Of a DNA stretch of 64,000 bases, positions 9,209 to 18,782 are shown one piece after another. The DNA is taken from NCBI GenBank assembly GCA_949285135.1, contig CASDXO010000001.1, forward strand, positions 70,698-134,697, given 5' to 3'. The position numbers and the translations under genes were made by a program. Within the stretch, counting starts at the first letter, position 1, and each line of letters opens with the position of its first letter. The stretch comes from an uncultured Phascolarctobacterium sp. GTDB lineage: Bacteria; Bacillota; Negativicutes; Acidaminococcales; Acidaminococcaceae. The notes below the pieces were generated by a model. The model had not been told where the DNA came from. It did no database searches and was given only the letters and a program-made list of their open reading frames with translations.

Positions 9209-10168
9209 ATGTTATCTTTATTGGGAATGCTGGCAACTTCTTTTGTCATCTGTGCAGCAATCGGGCCTTTTCTCATTCCGTTTCTGCACAGGCTGAAATT
9301 CGGTCAGAGCATCCGTGAATGCGGGCCTGCCAATCATTTGAAAAAGAGCGGTACGCCTACTATGGGCGGCATTATGATGCTGGCGGCCATGGCTCTGACG
9401 CTGGCAGTATGGGGAGATATGACCCCGACAGTAATTATTGCGCTGGTGCTGACTTTCGGTCATGCGCTGATTGGCTTTATCGACGATTATATCAAGGTCG
9501 TAATGAAACGTAATCTTGGTTTGACGGCTGTGCAGAAGCTAATCATGCAGTTTATTCTGGCTGGCGCCTATGTTTATTATGCAGAGGTACACGCCGATAA
9601 CCAGAGCCTGTGGCTTCCCGGTACGGATATTACCCTTGATATGGGACTTGCCTATTATGCACTGGCTTTCGTGCTGCTGGTAGGAACGACCAACGCCGTC
9701 AATCTGACGGATGGACTGGACGGACTGGCTTCCTGTGTAAGCATTCCCGTAACCTTGACCTTTGCGGTTATTGCGTATCTGAGCGGCTCTGCTGATTTGA
9801 GCGGTTTTGCGCTGACTATTACCGGTGCCTGCCTTGGCTTTTTAGTGTATAATCATTATCCGGCCAAAGTATTTATGGGCGACACGGGTTCACTTGCTCT
9901 GGGCGGAGGTATTGCGGCACTGGCACTTTTAACCAAGACGGAGCTGCTGCTGATTCTTTTAGGCGGCATTTATGTTATTGAAGCTGCTTCTGTTATTATT
10001 CAGGTTACTTATTTTCATCTGAGCGGCGGTAAAAGAATCTTCCGTATGAGCCCTATCCACCATCATTTTGAGCTGGGTGGCTGGAAAGAAACCAGGGTCG
10101 TAGCCGTATTTACTGCAGTCAGCTGCGCATTTTCGCTGCTGGCACTGGGATTATGGCTGTTAAAATAG
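9209..10168 (+). CDS. mraY: phospho-N-acetylmuramoyl-pentapeptide transferase
   Basis: 319 aa polytopic membrane protein with GTPTMGG, DDYIKV, NAVNLTDGLDGLA, MGDTGSLALGG, PIHHHFE. Confidence 0.95.
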   Translation: MLSLLGMLATSFVICAAIGPFLIPFLHRLKFGQSIRECGPANHLKKSGTPTMGGIMMLAAMALTLAVWGDMTPTVIIALVLTFGHALIGFIDDYIKVVMKRNLGLTAVQKLIMQFILAGAYVYYAEVHADNQSLWLPGTDITLDMGLAYYALAFVLLVGTTNAVNLTDGLDGLASCVSIPVTLTFAVIAYLSGSADLSGFALTITGACLGFLVYNHYPAKVFMGDTGSLALGGGIAALALLTKTELLLILLGGIYVIEAASVIIQVTYFHLSGGKRIFRMSPIHHHFELGGWKETRVVAVFTAVSCAFSLLALGLWLLK

Positions 10169-10180
10169 GAGGCGGAAACA

Positions 10181-11536
10181 ATGGCTGAGCAAAAAGCGGT
10201 AATTGTTTACGGTACCGGCATCAGCGGTCTGGGTGCTGCAGAAGTGCTGGCCGGGCATAACAGACAGATTTTTTTATATAACGATAATGAATGCAGTGTG
10301 GCACCGGAATTGCTGGCACTGTTGGCACGCAGCGGCGGCAGATTAGTCTGCGGCGGCTTTGCTGATATCCTGCCGCTGGCGGCAACGGTAGTGCTTTCTC
10401 CGGGCATTCCGGCGGAAAATGCCAATGTACAGCTGGCGCAGCAGGCAGGTGTGGAAGTAATCAGTGAAATTGAGCTGGCTTACAGGCTGTATGATGGTCA
10501 TATTGCAGCCATCACAGGCACTAACGGCAAGACCACTACCACTACGCTGGTAGGCGAGATGCTGAAAACGCTGCCGGTAACAACGGCAGTTGGCGGTAAT
10601 ATCGGTTTGGCGCTGTCCAAGGAAACAGAGGGACTTGCTGCTGACAGCTGGATTGCGGCGGAGCTGTCCAGTTTCCAGCTGGAATTTGTCAGAGATTTTT
10701 GTCCTGATATTGCTGTGGTGCTTAATCTTACGCCTGACCATATGGAAAGGCATCATACCATGCAGGCTTACGGTGCTGCCAAGAAAAATATCTTTTTGCA
10801 GCAGACGGGGCAGCAGGTTGCGGTGCTCAATTATGATGATGCCGAAGTACGCAGCTGGGCTGCTGAGGCTCATGGACGCGTATGCTATTTCAGTCGTAAG
10901 GCAGAACTGCCGGAAGGAGCATATATCAAAGACGGCGTATTTGTTATCAGCTGGCAGGGACAGCAGTATCCTGTCTGCCGGGTGGACGAAGTACATCTGT
11001 TTGGCGGTCATAATGAGGAAAATATTCTGGCGGCTATTGCCTGCGGCTTCTTTGCCGGGGTGACGATTGCCGATATGGCCAAAGTGCTGAAGAATTTTAA
11101 GAGCATTGAGCATCGTCTGGAATACGTGGCGACCATTAACGGCGTGCCTTACTATAACGATTCCAAAGCTACCAATACGGATTCGGCCATCAAGGCGCTG
11201 GAAGCATTTCCTGAAGGACACATCATCCTGCTGGCAGGCGGCCATGACAAGATGACCGAACTGAAAACCATGATGAAGGTTGTGAAGGAAAAAACCGATC
11301 TGCTCATCCTGCTGGGCGAGGCTAAGGAACGTTTTTATCAGGCTGCAAAGGAGTGTGGCGTAGCAAATATCGTGCTGGCTGATTCCTTTGCCGATGCAGT
11401 GCAGAAAGCTTACGAAGCGGCGCACGAACCGCAGACCGTACTGCTTTCGCCGGCCTGCTCATCATATGATATGTTTAAGAATTATCCCGAGCGCGGACGC
11501 TGCTTTAAACAGCTGGTACGTGCTCTGATAAGATAG
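10181..11536 (+). CDS. murD: UDP-N-acetylmuramoylalanine--D-glutamate ligase
   Basis: 451 aa with ITGTNGKTTTTTL, LNLTPDHMERH, NDSKATN. Confidence 0.95.
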   Translation: MAEQKAVIVYGTGISGLGAAEVLAGHNRQIFLYNDNECSVAPELLALLARSGGRLVCGGFADILPLAATVVLSPGIPAENANVQLAQQAGVEVISEIELAYRLYDGHIAAITGTNGKTTTTTLVGEMLKTLPVTTAVGGNIGLALSKETEGLAADSWIAAELSSFQLEFVRDFCPDIAVVLNLTPDHMERHHTMQAYGAAKKNIFLQQTGQQVAVLNYDDAEVRSWAAEAHGRVCYFSRKAELPEGAYIKDGVFVISWQGQQYPVCRVDEVHLFGGHNEENILAAIACGFFAGVTIADMAKVLKNFKSIEHRLEYVATINGVPYYNDSKATNTDSAIKALEAFPEGHIILLAGGHDKMTELKTMMKVVKEKTDLLILLGEAKERFYQAAKECGVANIVLADSFADAVQKAYEAAHEPQTVLLSPACSSYDMFKNYPERGRCFKQLVRALIR

Positions 11537-11554
11537 ATTAAGGAGGCTTCCGAA

Positions 11555-12658
11555 GTGAAGGTTATTCTTTCCGGCGGCGGCACAGGCGGACATATTTATC
11601 CTGCGCTGACCATTGCGGATCAGATTAAAAAGCTTGCTCCGGCTGCTGAGATTATTTTCATCGGTACCGAACATGGGCTGGAAAAAGACATTTTACCGCG
11701 GTATGGCTATCCGCTCAGATTTATCGAAGTGGCGGGATTTCGCCGCAGTCTGAGCCTTGATACGCTGCGCAGTGCGGCCAAACTGTTTCAGGGGCTCCAT
11801 GATGCCCGGAGTATCATCAATCAGGAAAAACCTGACCTTGTTATCGGCACAGGCGGTTATGTCTGCGGGCCGGTGGTACTGATGGCAGCGCTGAAAGGTA
11901 TTCCTACCTGTATTCAGGAGCAGAATGCCATGCCGGGAGTGACCAACAAGATTCTTGCTCACTCTGTGAAGAAAATTTTTCTGGGTTATAAGGAAGCCGG
12001 CAAATATTTTTCCGGCAGTGCAGAAAAAGTATTTACCGGCAATCCTATCAGGACAGAAATCCTGTCTTATGATAAGAGAGCCGCTGTCAGTGAACTGGGA
12101 CTGGACGGGCAGAAAAAGACCGTACTTGTTTCCGGCGGCAGCCGCGGTGCGCGCAGCATCAATAATGCCATGCTGGCAGTAGAAGCGGCGCTGGCAGGGC
12201 GTCACGATGTGCAGGTGCTGCATGTTACCGGTGATGTTAATTACGAAGAATATCTGCAGAAGCTGCATAAACAGGGTATTGAAGCTGATAATATTATTGT
12301 CAGACCGTATCTGCACAATATGCCGGCAGCGCTGGCTGCTGCCGATATGGCAGTGTTCCGTGCCGGTGCAATCGGGCTGGCGGAGCTGATGGCCAAGGGG
12401 ATTCCCTCGGTACTTGTTCCGTATCCCTATGCTACGGCAAATCATCAGGAATTTAATGCCAGAGCTGTAGAAGCCTGCGGCGCTGCGAAAGTTGTGCTGG
12501 ATAAGGAGCTTAACGGTGACAGCTTACTGGAAATTATAGAGCATTTACTGCTGCACAGCGACGAGCTGAAAGAAATGCAGCAGGCTGCAAAAGAACTGGG
12601 CAGACCTCAGGCGGCGGAAACTATCGCGCGACAGGCCCTGTCCTTAATAAAAGACTGA
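11555..12658 (+). CDS. murG: undecaprenyldiphospho-muramoylpentapeptide beta-N-acetylglucosaminyltransferase
   Basis: 367 aa, GTG start. SGGGTGGHIYPAL, GGSRGA and QEFNA motifs. Confidence 0.95.
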   Translation: MKVILSGGGTGGHIYPALTIADQIKKLAPAAEIIFIGTEHGLEKDILPRYGYPLRFIEVAGFRRSLSLDTLRSAAKLFQGLHDARSIINQEKPDLVIGTGGYVCGPVVLMAALKGIPTCIQEQNAMPGVTNKILAHSVKKIFLGYKEAGKYFSGSAEKVFTGNPIRTEILSYDKRAAVSELGLDGQKKTVLVSGGSRGARSINNAMLAVEAALAGRHDVQVLHVTGDVNYEEYLQKLHKQGIEADNIIVRPYLHNMPAALAAADMAVFRAGAIGLAELMAKGIPSVLVPYPYATANHQEFNARAVEACGAAKVVLDKELNGDSLLEIIEHLLLHSDELKEMQQAAKELGRPQAAETIARQALSLIKD

Positions 12659-12671
12659 GGGAGGCACTTTT

Positions 12672-14051
12672 GTGATAAAGAATTTGCACAATATTCATTT
12701 TATCGGCATCGGCGGCGCCGGTATGAGTGCTATTGCTTATGTTTTGCTGAAACGGGGTTATCATGTCAGCGGTTCTGATCTGGCGCAGGGAAGAATGTCT
12801 GCGCATCTGGCTCAGGAGGGCGCGACTATTTATATCGGACATAAGGCTGAACAGGTAGAACATGTGGATGCAGTGGTAATTTCCACGGCTATTCATCAGG
12901 ATAATCCTGAGCTGACAGCAGCCAGGGAAAGCGGCATCCCGGTACTGCATCGCAGTGATGTGCTGGCGGCTCTGCTCAATGATGCCTCCGGCATTGCTGT
13001 TGCCGGTGCGCATGGCAAAACGACTACCAGTGCCATGATTTCCTGTATTGCTGCCGAAGGCGGTGTTGACCCGACTGTCGTTATCGGCGGAGAAGTAAGC
13101 AGTCTGGGCGGTAATGCCCGTAACGGTGCAGGCAGCTATGTTGTGGCGGAGGCCGATGAAAGCGACGGTTCGTTTTTAAAATTCCACCCTTTTCTGGCGG
13201 TGGTTACCAACATTGAAAATGACCATATGGATCATTATGGAACAGAAGAAAATATTTACGCTGCCTTCAGGCAGTTTCTGGAAAATATCAAACCGGGCGG
13301 AAAAGCCATCCTCTGCGTGGATAATGACAAGGTAAGCCGTCTGGCGGGCGAAACCTCCGCACAGGTTATTACCTATGGCATGGAGGAGTCCGGTGCCGAT
13401 TATACGGCGCGCGATATCCGCTACAATGCGGACGGTACCGTGTACAGCCTGTATGCAGGCGGCAGCTTCGTTACCGAGGTCAGGCTGACAGTACCGGGCA
13501 GGCACAATGTTCTGAATTCTCTGGGAGCTTTTGCTGCCGGCAGAGAGATGGGCATTGCCACAGAAAGTATTTTGTCATCTCTGCACAAGTTCGGCGGAGC
13601 AAAACGTCGTTTTGAAACTAAAGGCAGAGTCGGCGGCGTCTGGGTAGTGGATGATTACGCTCATCATCCTACGGAAATCGGCGTAACGATCAGAGCTGCA
13701 CGTCAGACCCGGCCCCAGCGGCTGATCTGCGTATTCCAGCCTCATCGCTATACGCGTACGCAGCTGCTGTTTGACGAATTCTGCGGCTGCTTTGATGGCT
13801 GTGACGAGCTTATTCTGACTGATATCTATGCTGCCGGTGAGGATCCCATCGAAGGTGTCAGCAGCGCAGCTCTGGCAGAAGGCATCTGCCGCGTGAGCGG
13901 GCGCGAAGTAAGATATCTGCCCGGACTTGCTGATGTCAGTCAGTATCTGCGCGGGCATGTGCAGCAGGGCGATCTGGTTATGACCATAGGAGCAGGCGAC
14001 GTCTTTAAAGTAGGAGAACGTCTGGTTGCGGAAATGGGGGAAGTAAAATGA
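12672..14051 (+). CDS. murC: UDP-N-acetylmuramate--L-alanine ligase
   Basis: 459 aa, GTG start. HFIGIGGAGMSAIA, GAHGKTTTSAM, DDYAHHPTEI. Confidence 0.95.
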   Translation: MIKNLHNIHFIGIGGAGMSAIAYVLLKRGYHVSGSDLAQGRMSAHLAQEGATIYIGHKAEQVEHVDAVVISTAIHQDNPELTAARESGIPVLHRSDVLAALLNDASGIAVAGAHGKTTTSAMISCIAAEGGVDPTVVIGGEVSSLGGNARNGAGSYVVAEADESDGSFLKFHPFLAVVTNIENDHMDHYGTEENIYAAFRQFLENIKPGGKAILCVDNDKVSRLAGETSAQVITYGMEESGADYTARDIRYNADGTVYSLYAGGSFVTEVRLTVPGRHNVLNSLGAFAAGREMGIATESILSSLHKFGGAKRRFETKGRVGGVWVVDDYAHHPTEIGVTIRAARQTRPQRLICVFQPHRYTRTQLLFDEFCGCFDGCDELILTDIYAAGEDPIEGVSSAALAEGICRVSGREVRYLPGLADVSQYLRGHVQQGDLVMTIGAGDVFKVGERLVAEMGEVK

Positions 14052-14986
14052 ATAAACAGGATACAGTTGCAGTAATTATGGGAGGACCGTCCTCCGAGGC
14101 GGAGATTTCCCGCGTGACCGGTACCGCTATTGCGGAAGCGCTGGTCAGCAAGGGTTATAATGTAAAGAAAATAGAGCTTGACCCGGCCCGTCTGGGCAGT
14201 CAGCTGCAGGAATGCGGCGCTGCTGCAGTATTTAATGCCGTACACGGCATGTATGGTGAAGACGGCAGGCTGCAGAGCATGCTGGAGGCACTGAATCTGC
14301 CTTATACCGGCAGCAGGGTGCTGGCAAGTGCAGTAGCGATGGATAAGGCTGCTACCAAAAGATATTTGCTGGCGGAGCATATTTCCACACCGGAATGCAT
14401 AATAATGAACAGACGTGAGGCACAGGACCTGCAGGCTCTGAAGCAGCGTATCTGTGAGGTGTTCGGTGTGCCGGTAGTGATTAAGGCTGCTTCGCAGGGT
14501 TCCAGCATCGGCGTAGTAATCGCCAAAGAAGAAGCAGAGGTTATTCCTGCTCTGGAAGAAGCCTTTAAGTATTCCGAAAATGTGCTGGCTGAAAGATGCA
14601 TCAAAGGCAAGGAACTGACGGTAGCGCTGATGGAAAAAGACGGTGTGCCTGAACCTTTGCCTGTGATTATGATTGCGCCCCATTCCGGTTCTTATGATTT
14701 TCATTCCAAATATACCAAGGGAGCAACCGACTATCTGGTGCCTGCTCCGCTGACGGAAAGTGTTACCGCTCATGTACAGGAACTGGCTGTCAGAACCTAT
14801 CTGGCGCTGGGACTGAGCGGTGTTGCCCGCGTTGATGTTATGCTGGATGAAGCAGGTCAGGGCTATGTACTGGAAGCCAACACAGTTCCCGGTATGACTC
14901 CTACCAGTCTGGTGCCCAAGGCAGCTGCTGCCGTCGGTATTTCCTTCCCGGATTTATGTGAAAAGATTTTACTGAGTGCAAAATAA
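14048..14986 (+). CDS. ddl: D-alanine--D-alanine ligase
   Basis: 312 aa ATP-grasp protein with GGPSSEAEIS, HGMYGEDG, EANTVPGMT, and an ATGA overlap with murC. Confidence 0.95.
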   Translation: MNKQDTVAVIMGGPSSEAEISRVTGTAIAEALVSKGYNVKKIELDPARLGSQLQECGAAAVFNAVHGMYGEDGRLQSMLEALNLPYTGSRVLASAVAMDKAATKRYLLAEHISTPECIIMNRREAQDLQALKQRICEVFGVPVVIKAASQGSSIGVVIAKEEAEVIPALEEAFKYSENVLAERCIKGKELTVALMEKDGVPEPLPVIMIAPHSGSYDFHSKYTKGATDYLVPAPLTESVTAHVQELAVRTYLALGLSGVARVDVMLDEAGQGYVLEANTVPGMTPTSLVPKAAAAVGISFPDLCEKILLSAK

Positions 14987-15004
14987 GTAAAGATAGGTGG
15001 CATT

Positions 15005-15793
15005 ATGCAGACTATACGTGAAAAATTACGTGAAAACCGCAGAAGGAAGCGTCTGCGTTTACTGCGCCTGCTTATATATTTAAGCGTAGTCGTCGCTCTG
15101 GCTGTTGCCGGCTGGCGCTACGTGCATCAGCCGGGCTTTGCCTTCGGCTCCGTTGATATCAGGGGTACAAGCCGGCTGACAGAACAGGATGTTATCGAGA
15201 TGGCAGGCTCGCAGCCGCCGTTTAACCTGTTTAATGTCAGCTCTTCCAGAGTAAGGACAGCGCTGGAACATGATACACGCTTTCAGACTGCCGACGTGCG
15301 TTACGTCTGGCCGGGAGTGCTGCGTATTATTGTCAGAGAGAGGGAGGCGGCGGTATATGTTGCCAATGCCTACCAGAGCTACCTGAAACTGGATTACAGC
15401 GGCGTGGTATTAGATGTGACGGCAGCTATTCCCGATGCCAACGCACCGCTTCTGGTCGGCGAGGAATGCGGCAATGTTTATATTGGTGAGACCGTTGCCA
15501 ATGCAAGGGTGCTTAATATCCTGCATTTTTTGGATAAAATCGGGCACGATGCCAATGACCAGATTGTAGAAATAGTTGTCGATGCCAGTCACCAGGTAAG
15601 GGTTCAGCTGCGCGGAGGCTATCCTGTCCTGCTGGGCAGTGCTGATACGGTGGCTGAGAAGGCAGAAGTTTTCTGTACCGTTTTCGATGAAATAAAAGAT
15701 AAAAAGATTAAAGCAGAGTATATTGATTTGAGTTTTGCCAAACCATATATCAGGCTTAATGGCAGTGAAAATGAGGTAATTTTGAAAAAATGA
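15005..15793 (+). CDS. ftsQ: cell division protein FtsQ/DivIB (POTRA domain)
   Basis: 262 aa. Basic N-terminus, one TM segment, then a POTRA-like segment (VDIRGTSRLTEQDVIEMAG). It sits in the conserved position after ddl, with an AGGTGG SD. Confidence 0.85.
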   Translation: MQTIREKLRENRRRKRLRLLRLLIYLSVVVALAVAGWRYVHQPGFAFGSVDIRGTSRLTEQDVIEMAGSQPPFNLFNVSSSRVRTALEHDTRFQTADVRYVWPGVLRIIVREREAAVYVANAYQSYLKLDYSGVVLDVTAAIPDANAPLLVGEECGNVYIGETVANARVLNILHFLDKIGHDANDQIVEIVVDASHQVRVQLRGGYPVLLGSADTVAEKAEVFCTVFDEIKDKKIKAEYIDLSFAKPYIRLNGSENEVILKK

Positions 15794-16497
15794 AGGATCC
15801 GGTAAAACTTGATTTAAAAGCCAGGATTGTTGTAGGACTGGTGTTTGTAGTTTTGGGATTTATGCTTTCCGTACAGTTCAAGACAACGGAAAGACAGAAA
15901 ACGATTCATTATGAACGCGTAGAGGATCTGTCTGAACGCCTGAAAAGTGTAGAAGCTGAAAAAGAACAGCTGGAGGATGAACTGGATAGTTTGCGCAAAA
16001 ACGGCAGCGGCGCTCTGGTTGACAGCGAGATGGAGCGCCTGATGCTTTTGTCCGGTACTACCGAGGTCAGGGGCAAAGGCGTAGAGATTGTGCTGGATGA
16101 CAGCAGCATTCCTTCCCGCGCAGGTGAAAATCCCAACTTATATATCATCCATGACGAGGATTTGCTGCGTGTCTTAAACGAGCTGCGTGCAGCCGGTGCC
16201 GAAGCGATTTCGCTGAATGATCAGCGTATTGTGGCCATGAGCGAGGTACGCTGTGCAGGGCCTACGGTTTCCGTCAATAATGTGCGCAGTGCGCCGCCCT
16301 ACACCATCAAGGCCATTGGCGACCCCAAAAATCTGAACAGTGCTCTGCGTCTGCGCGGCGGCGTAGTGGAAACTTTTGAGTTCTGGGGCATCCATGTGAA
16401 GATAAATACGTCCGATGATATCCATATCCCGGCCTTTAAGGGCATACGTGCGTTTGAGTATGCCAAAGCGGTGGAGAAGGAGGAAGATAAGAAATGA
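15790..16497 (+). CDS. DUF881 domain protein (YlxW/YlxX-like, division-site associated)
   Basis: 235 aa. N-terminal TM segment, coiled-coil, GKGVEIVLDD..IHDEDLLRVLNELRAAGAEAISLNDQR..PYTIKAIGDP. ATGA overlap with ftsQ. Confidence 0.8.
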   Translation: MKDPVKLDLKARIVVGLVFVVLGFMLSVQFKTTERQKTIHYERVEDLSERLKSVEAEKEQLEDELDSLRKNGSGALVDSEMERLMLLSGTTEVRGKGVEIVLDDSSIPSRAGENPNLYIIHDEDLLRVLNELRAAGAEAISLNDQRIVAMSEVRCAGPTVSVNNVRSAPPYTIKAIGDPKNLNSALRLRGGVVETFEFWGIHVKINTSDDIHIPAFKGIRAFEYAKAVEKEEDKK

Positions 16498-16826
16498 TTT
16501 ATTATATCCTGGGCGGACTGATAATCGGTATCATACTGGGAATCTATTGTCCGTTTGCGCTTCCTCTGGAATATGCCAAGCTGCTTTCGGTAGCAGTGCT
16601 GGCAGGCCTTGACGCAGTGCTGGGCGGCATACGTGCCGCTATGGAGGGAAAATACGATACGGAAGTCTTTATTTCCGGCTTCTTTGTCAACGGTATCTTA
16701 TCAGCTATCCTGTGTTATGCAGGTACCATGCTGGGCATAGATTTGTACATGGTGGCAGTGCTGATTTTCGGTATGCGTATTTTCCAGAATCTGGCAATTA
16801 TCAGACGTCTCTATATTGGAAAATAA
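16494..16826 (+). CDS. sbp: small basic protein Sbp (DUF1290)
   Basis: 110 aa membrane protein with LSVAVLAGLDAVLGGIRA..FISGFFVN and an ATGA overlap. Same position as B. subtilis sbp. Confidence 0.75.
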   Translation: MIYYILGGLIIGIILGIYCPFALPLEYAKLLSVAVLAGLDAVLGGIRAAMEGKYDTEVFISGFFVNGILSAILCYAGTMLGIDLYMVAVLIFGMRIFQNLAIIRRLYIGK

Positions 16827-16860
16827 ATTTTAGATTCAGCAGGAGATTTCAGACTTCTTG

Positions 16861-16890
16861 TTGAATTAAAAAATTTAACAGTTTTATAAT
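16861..16890 (+). promoter_or_regulatory. candidate promoter directly upstream of ftsZ
   Basis: TTGAAT (16861-16866), an 18-nt spacer, then TATAAT (16885-16890). The AAGGGGGA SD precedes ATG 16928. Confidence 0.5.
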
Positions 16891-16927
16891 AAATTTGATA
16901 CCCAGAATTTAAGGGGGATTTGCAGAT

Positions 16928-18049
16928 ATGTTTGAAGATGTTGAAACTAAAATTGAAACGCTTGCCAATATCAAGGTTATCGGTGTCGGCGGCGGCGGCA
17001 ATAATGCCGTAAACCGCATGATTACCGCAGGCGTTCGAGGCGTGGAATTTATTGCCGTAAACTGCGATGCGCAGGCATTGCTGCTTTCCAAGGCAGAAAA
17101 ACGCATCCAGATTGGTGAAAAGCTGACCAAGGGACTGGGTGCAGGTGCTAATCCTGAAATTGGTGAAAAGGCTGCCGAAGAATCACGCGACCAGATTCTG
17201 GAAGTACTGAAAGGTGCCGACATGGTCTTTGTAACTGCCGGTATGGGCGGCGGCACCGGTACCGGTGCCGCACATATCGTGGCAGAATGCGCTAAAGAAG
17301 TAGGTGCGCTGACCGTAGGCGTTGTTACCAAACCCTTCTGCTTTGAAGGTAAACGCCGTATGAATCAGGCTGAAAGCGGTATTGTCAACCTGAAAGAAAA
17401 GGTTGATACCCTTATTACCATTCCTAATGACCGTTTGCTGCAGGTTATTGACCGCAGAACTTCCATGCTGGATGCCTTCCGCATTGCCGATGACGTACTG
17501 CGTCAGGGCGTGCAGGGTATTTCTGATTTGATTGGTGTGCCCGGCCTGATCAATGCCGACTTTGCTGACGTTAAGACTATTATGTCCAACGCAGGCAGCG
17601 CCCTCATGGGTATCGGCACTGCCAAAGGTGAAGGCGGCGCACGTGCTGCTGCCGAAGCTGCTATTAAGAGTCCGCTGCTTGAAGCTTCTATTGATGGCGC
17701 GCAGGGCGTACTGTTCAATATTACCGGCGGCAGAGAACTGTCCCTGTTTGATGTAACCGAGGCTTCCAATATTATTACTGAAGCTGTTGATGCTAACGCC
17801 AACATTATCTTTGGTGCCGTAATCGACGAAAGCCTCGAAGATGAAATCAGAGTAACTGTTATTGCTACCGGCTTTGAAAAGAAGAATCCTTCTGTGCCCG
17901 GCGGCAGTCCGCGTACTATTTACGGCGGCCAACAGGCTACGATTAAGAATCCGGAACATACCGGTGAACACCATAATAGCGGTGAAGGCATCTTCAAACC
18001 GTTCCCGCGAAATGACAATACGGAGATTCCGCCCTGGCTGCGCGGCTGA
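16928..18049 (+). CDS. ftsZ: cell division GTPase FtsZ
   Basis: 373 aa with [13 protein letters not shown], the tubulin signature [14 protein letters not shown], and a C-terminal DIPPWLR-type tail (EIPPWLRG). Confidence 0.97.
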   Translation: MFEDVETKIETLANIKVIGVGGGGNNAVNRMITAGVRGVEFIAVNCDAQALLLSKAEKRIQIGEKLTKGLGAGANPEIGEKAAEESRDQILEVLKGADMVFVTAGMGGGTGTGAAHIVAECAKEVGALTVGVVTKPFCFEGKRRMNQAESGIVNLKEKVDTLITIPNDRLLQVIDRRTSMLDAFRIADDVLRQGVQGISDLIGVPGLINADFADVKTIMSNAGSALMGIGTAKGEGGARAAAEAAIKSPLLEASIDGAQGVLFNITGGRELSLFDVTEASNIITEAVDANANIIFGAVIDESLEDEIRVTVIATGFEKKNPSVPGGSPRTIYGGQQATIKNPEHTGEHHNSGEGIFKPFPRNDNTEIPPWLRG

Positions 18050-18064
18050 TTTAACTTGTTAGGC

Positions 18065-18098
18065 AAAAAGACCTGTGAGCTCTCACAGGTCTTTTTTT
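18065..18098 (+). terminator. intrinsic terminator after ftsZ
   Basis: GACCTGTGAG-CT-CTCACAGGTC palindrome followed by TTTTTTT. Confidence 0.85.
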
Positions 18099-18112
18099 GC
18101 AGGGGTGAGCAT

Positions 18113-18142
18113 TTTACACACAAGTGTACAATATGTTATAAT
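18113..18142 (+). promoter_or_regulatory. candidate nrdR promoter
   Basis: TTTACA (18113-18118), an 18-nt spacer, then TGt-TATAAT (18134-18142). Confidence 0.5.
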
Positions 18143-18213
18143 AATTATAAATACAGACTGATTTTGGCATGATATACAGGTTGAATAAACAGTTTGAGTG
18201 AGGATGTGAAAAA

Positions 18214-18684
18214 ATGAAATGTCCGTTTTGTTCTTACCATGACAGCAGGGTTGTGGACAGCCGTTCCGTTGAGGAAGGTAATTCCATCAGACGCCGCCGT
18301 GAATGCCCCAAGTGCGGAAAGCGTTTTACTACTTATGAAAAATATGAGGAAGCTCCGTTGGTAGTCAGCAAGAAAGATGGCCGCAGAGAGCTTTTTGACG
18401 GCAAAAAGTTGCTGGCAGGTTTGCTTAAGGCTTTTGAAAAACGCCCCGTTTCATTGGAGAAGGTGCAGGAAATTGCCGACAGCGTGGAAAGAGAAATTCG
18501 TCAGCGCGGTGAGAGCGAGATAGACAGCACCATTATCGGGGAAATCGTTATGAATCATCTGGAGCAGACTGACCAGATTGCCTATGTACGTTTTGCCTCC
18601 GTATACCGCCAGTTTGCTGACGTGAATAATTTCATGCAGGAGCTGCAGCGCATTATGAATAAGAATAATACCGTAAATTCCTGA
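18214..18684 (+). CDS. nrdR: transcriptional repressor NrdR
   Basis: 156 aa. MKCPFC..DSRVVDSR..RRRRECPKCGKRFTTYE zinc ribbon plus an ATP-cone. Confidence 0.95.
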   Translation: MKCPFCSYHDSRVVDSRSVEEGNSIRRRRECPKCGKRFTTYEKYEEAPLVVSKKDGRRELFDGKKLLAGLLKAFEKRPVSLEKVQEIADSVEREIRQRGESEIDSTIIGEIVMNHLEQTDQIAYVRFASVYRQFADVNNFMQELQRIMNKNNTVNS

Positions 18685-18691
18685 TGCAAAG

Positions 18692-18734
18692 AAAACAGGC
18701 TGCCCGTTTTTAACGGACAGCCTGTTGTTTATTT
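18692..18734 (+). terminator. intrinsic terminator after nrdR
   Basis: 13-bp stem ACAGGCTGCCCGT / ACGGACAGCCTGT with one mismatch, followed by TGTTTATTT. Confidence 0.75.
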
Positions 18735-18741
18735 GGGGCAG

Positions 18742-18772
18742 AAAAAAACAACCTGCTTTGCAACAGGTTGTT
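18742..18772 (-). terminator. intrinsic terminator after rpsT
   Basis: CAACCTG-N8-CAGGTTG, with a T7 run on the minus strand (A run at 18742-18748). Confidence 0.7.
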
Positions 18773-18782
18773 AATGCTAAAA

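Noticed and set aside
18115-18128. Palindrome TACAC-ACAA-GTGTA in the nrdR promoter, considered as an NrdR box.
   Set aside because: NrdR boxes are 16-bp palindromes (roughly acaCwAtATaTwGtgt) that occur in pairs about 31-32 bp apart. Here the arms are only 4 nt apart and there is no second box.
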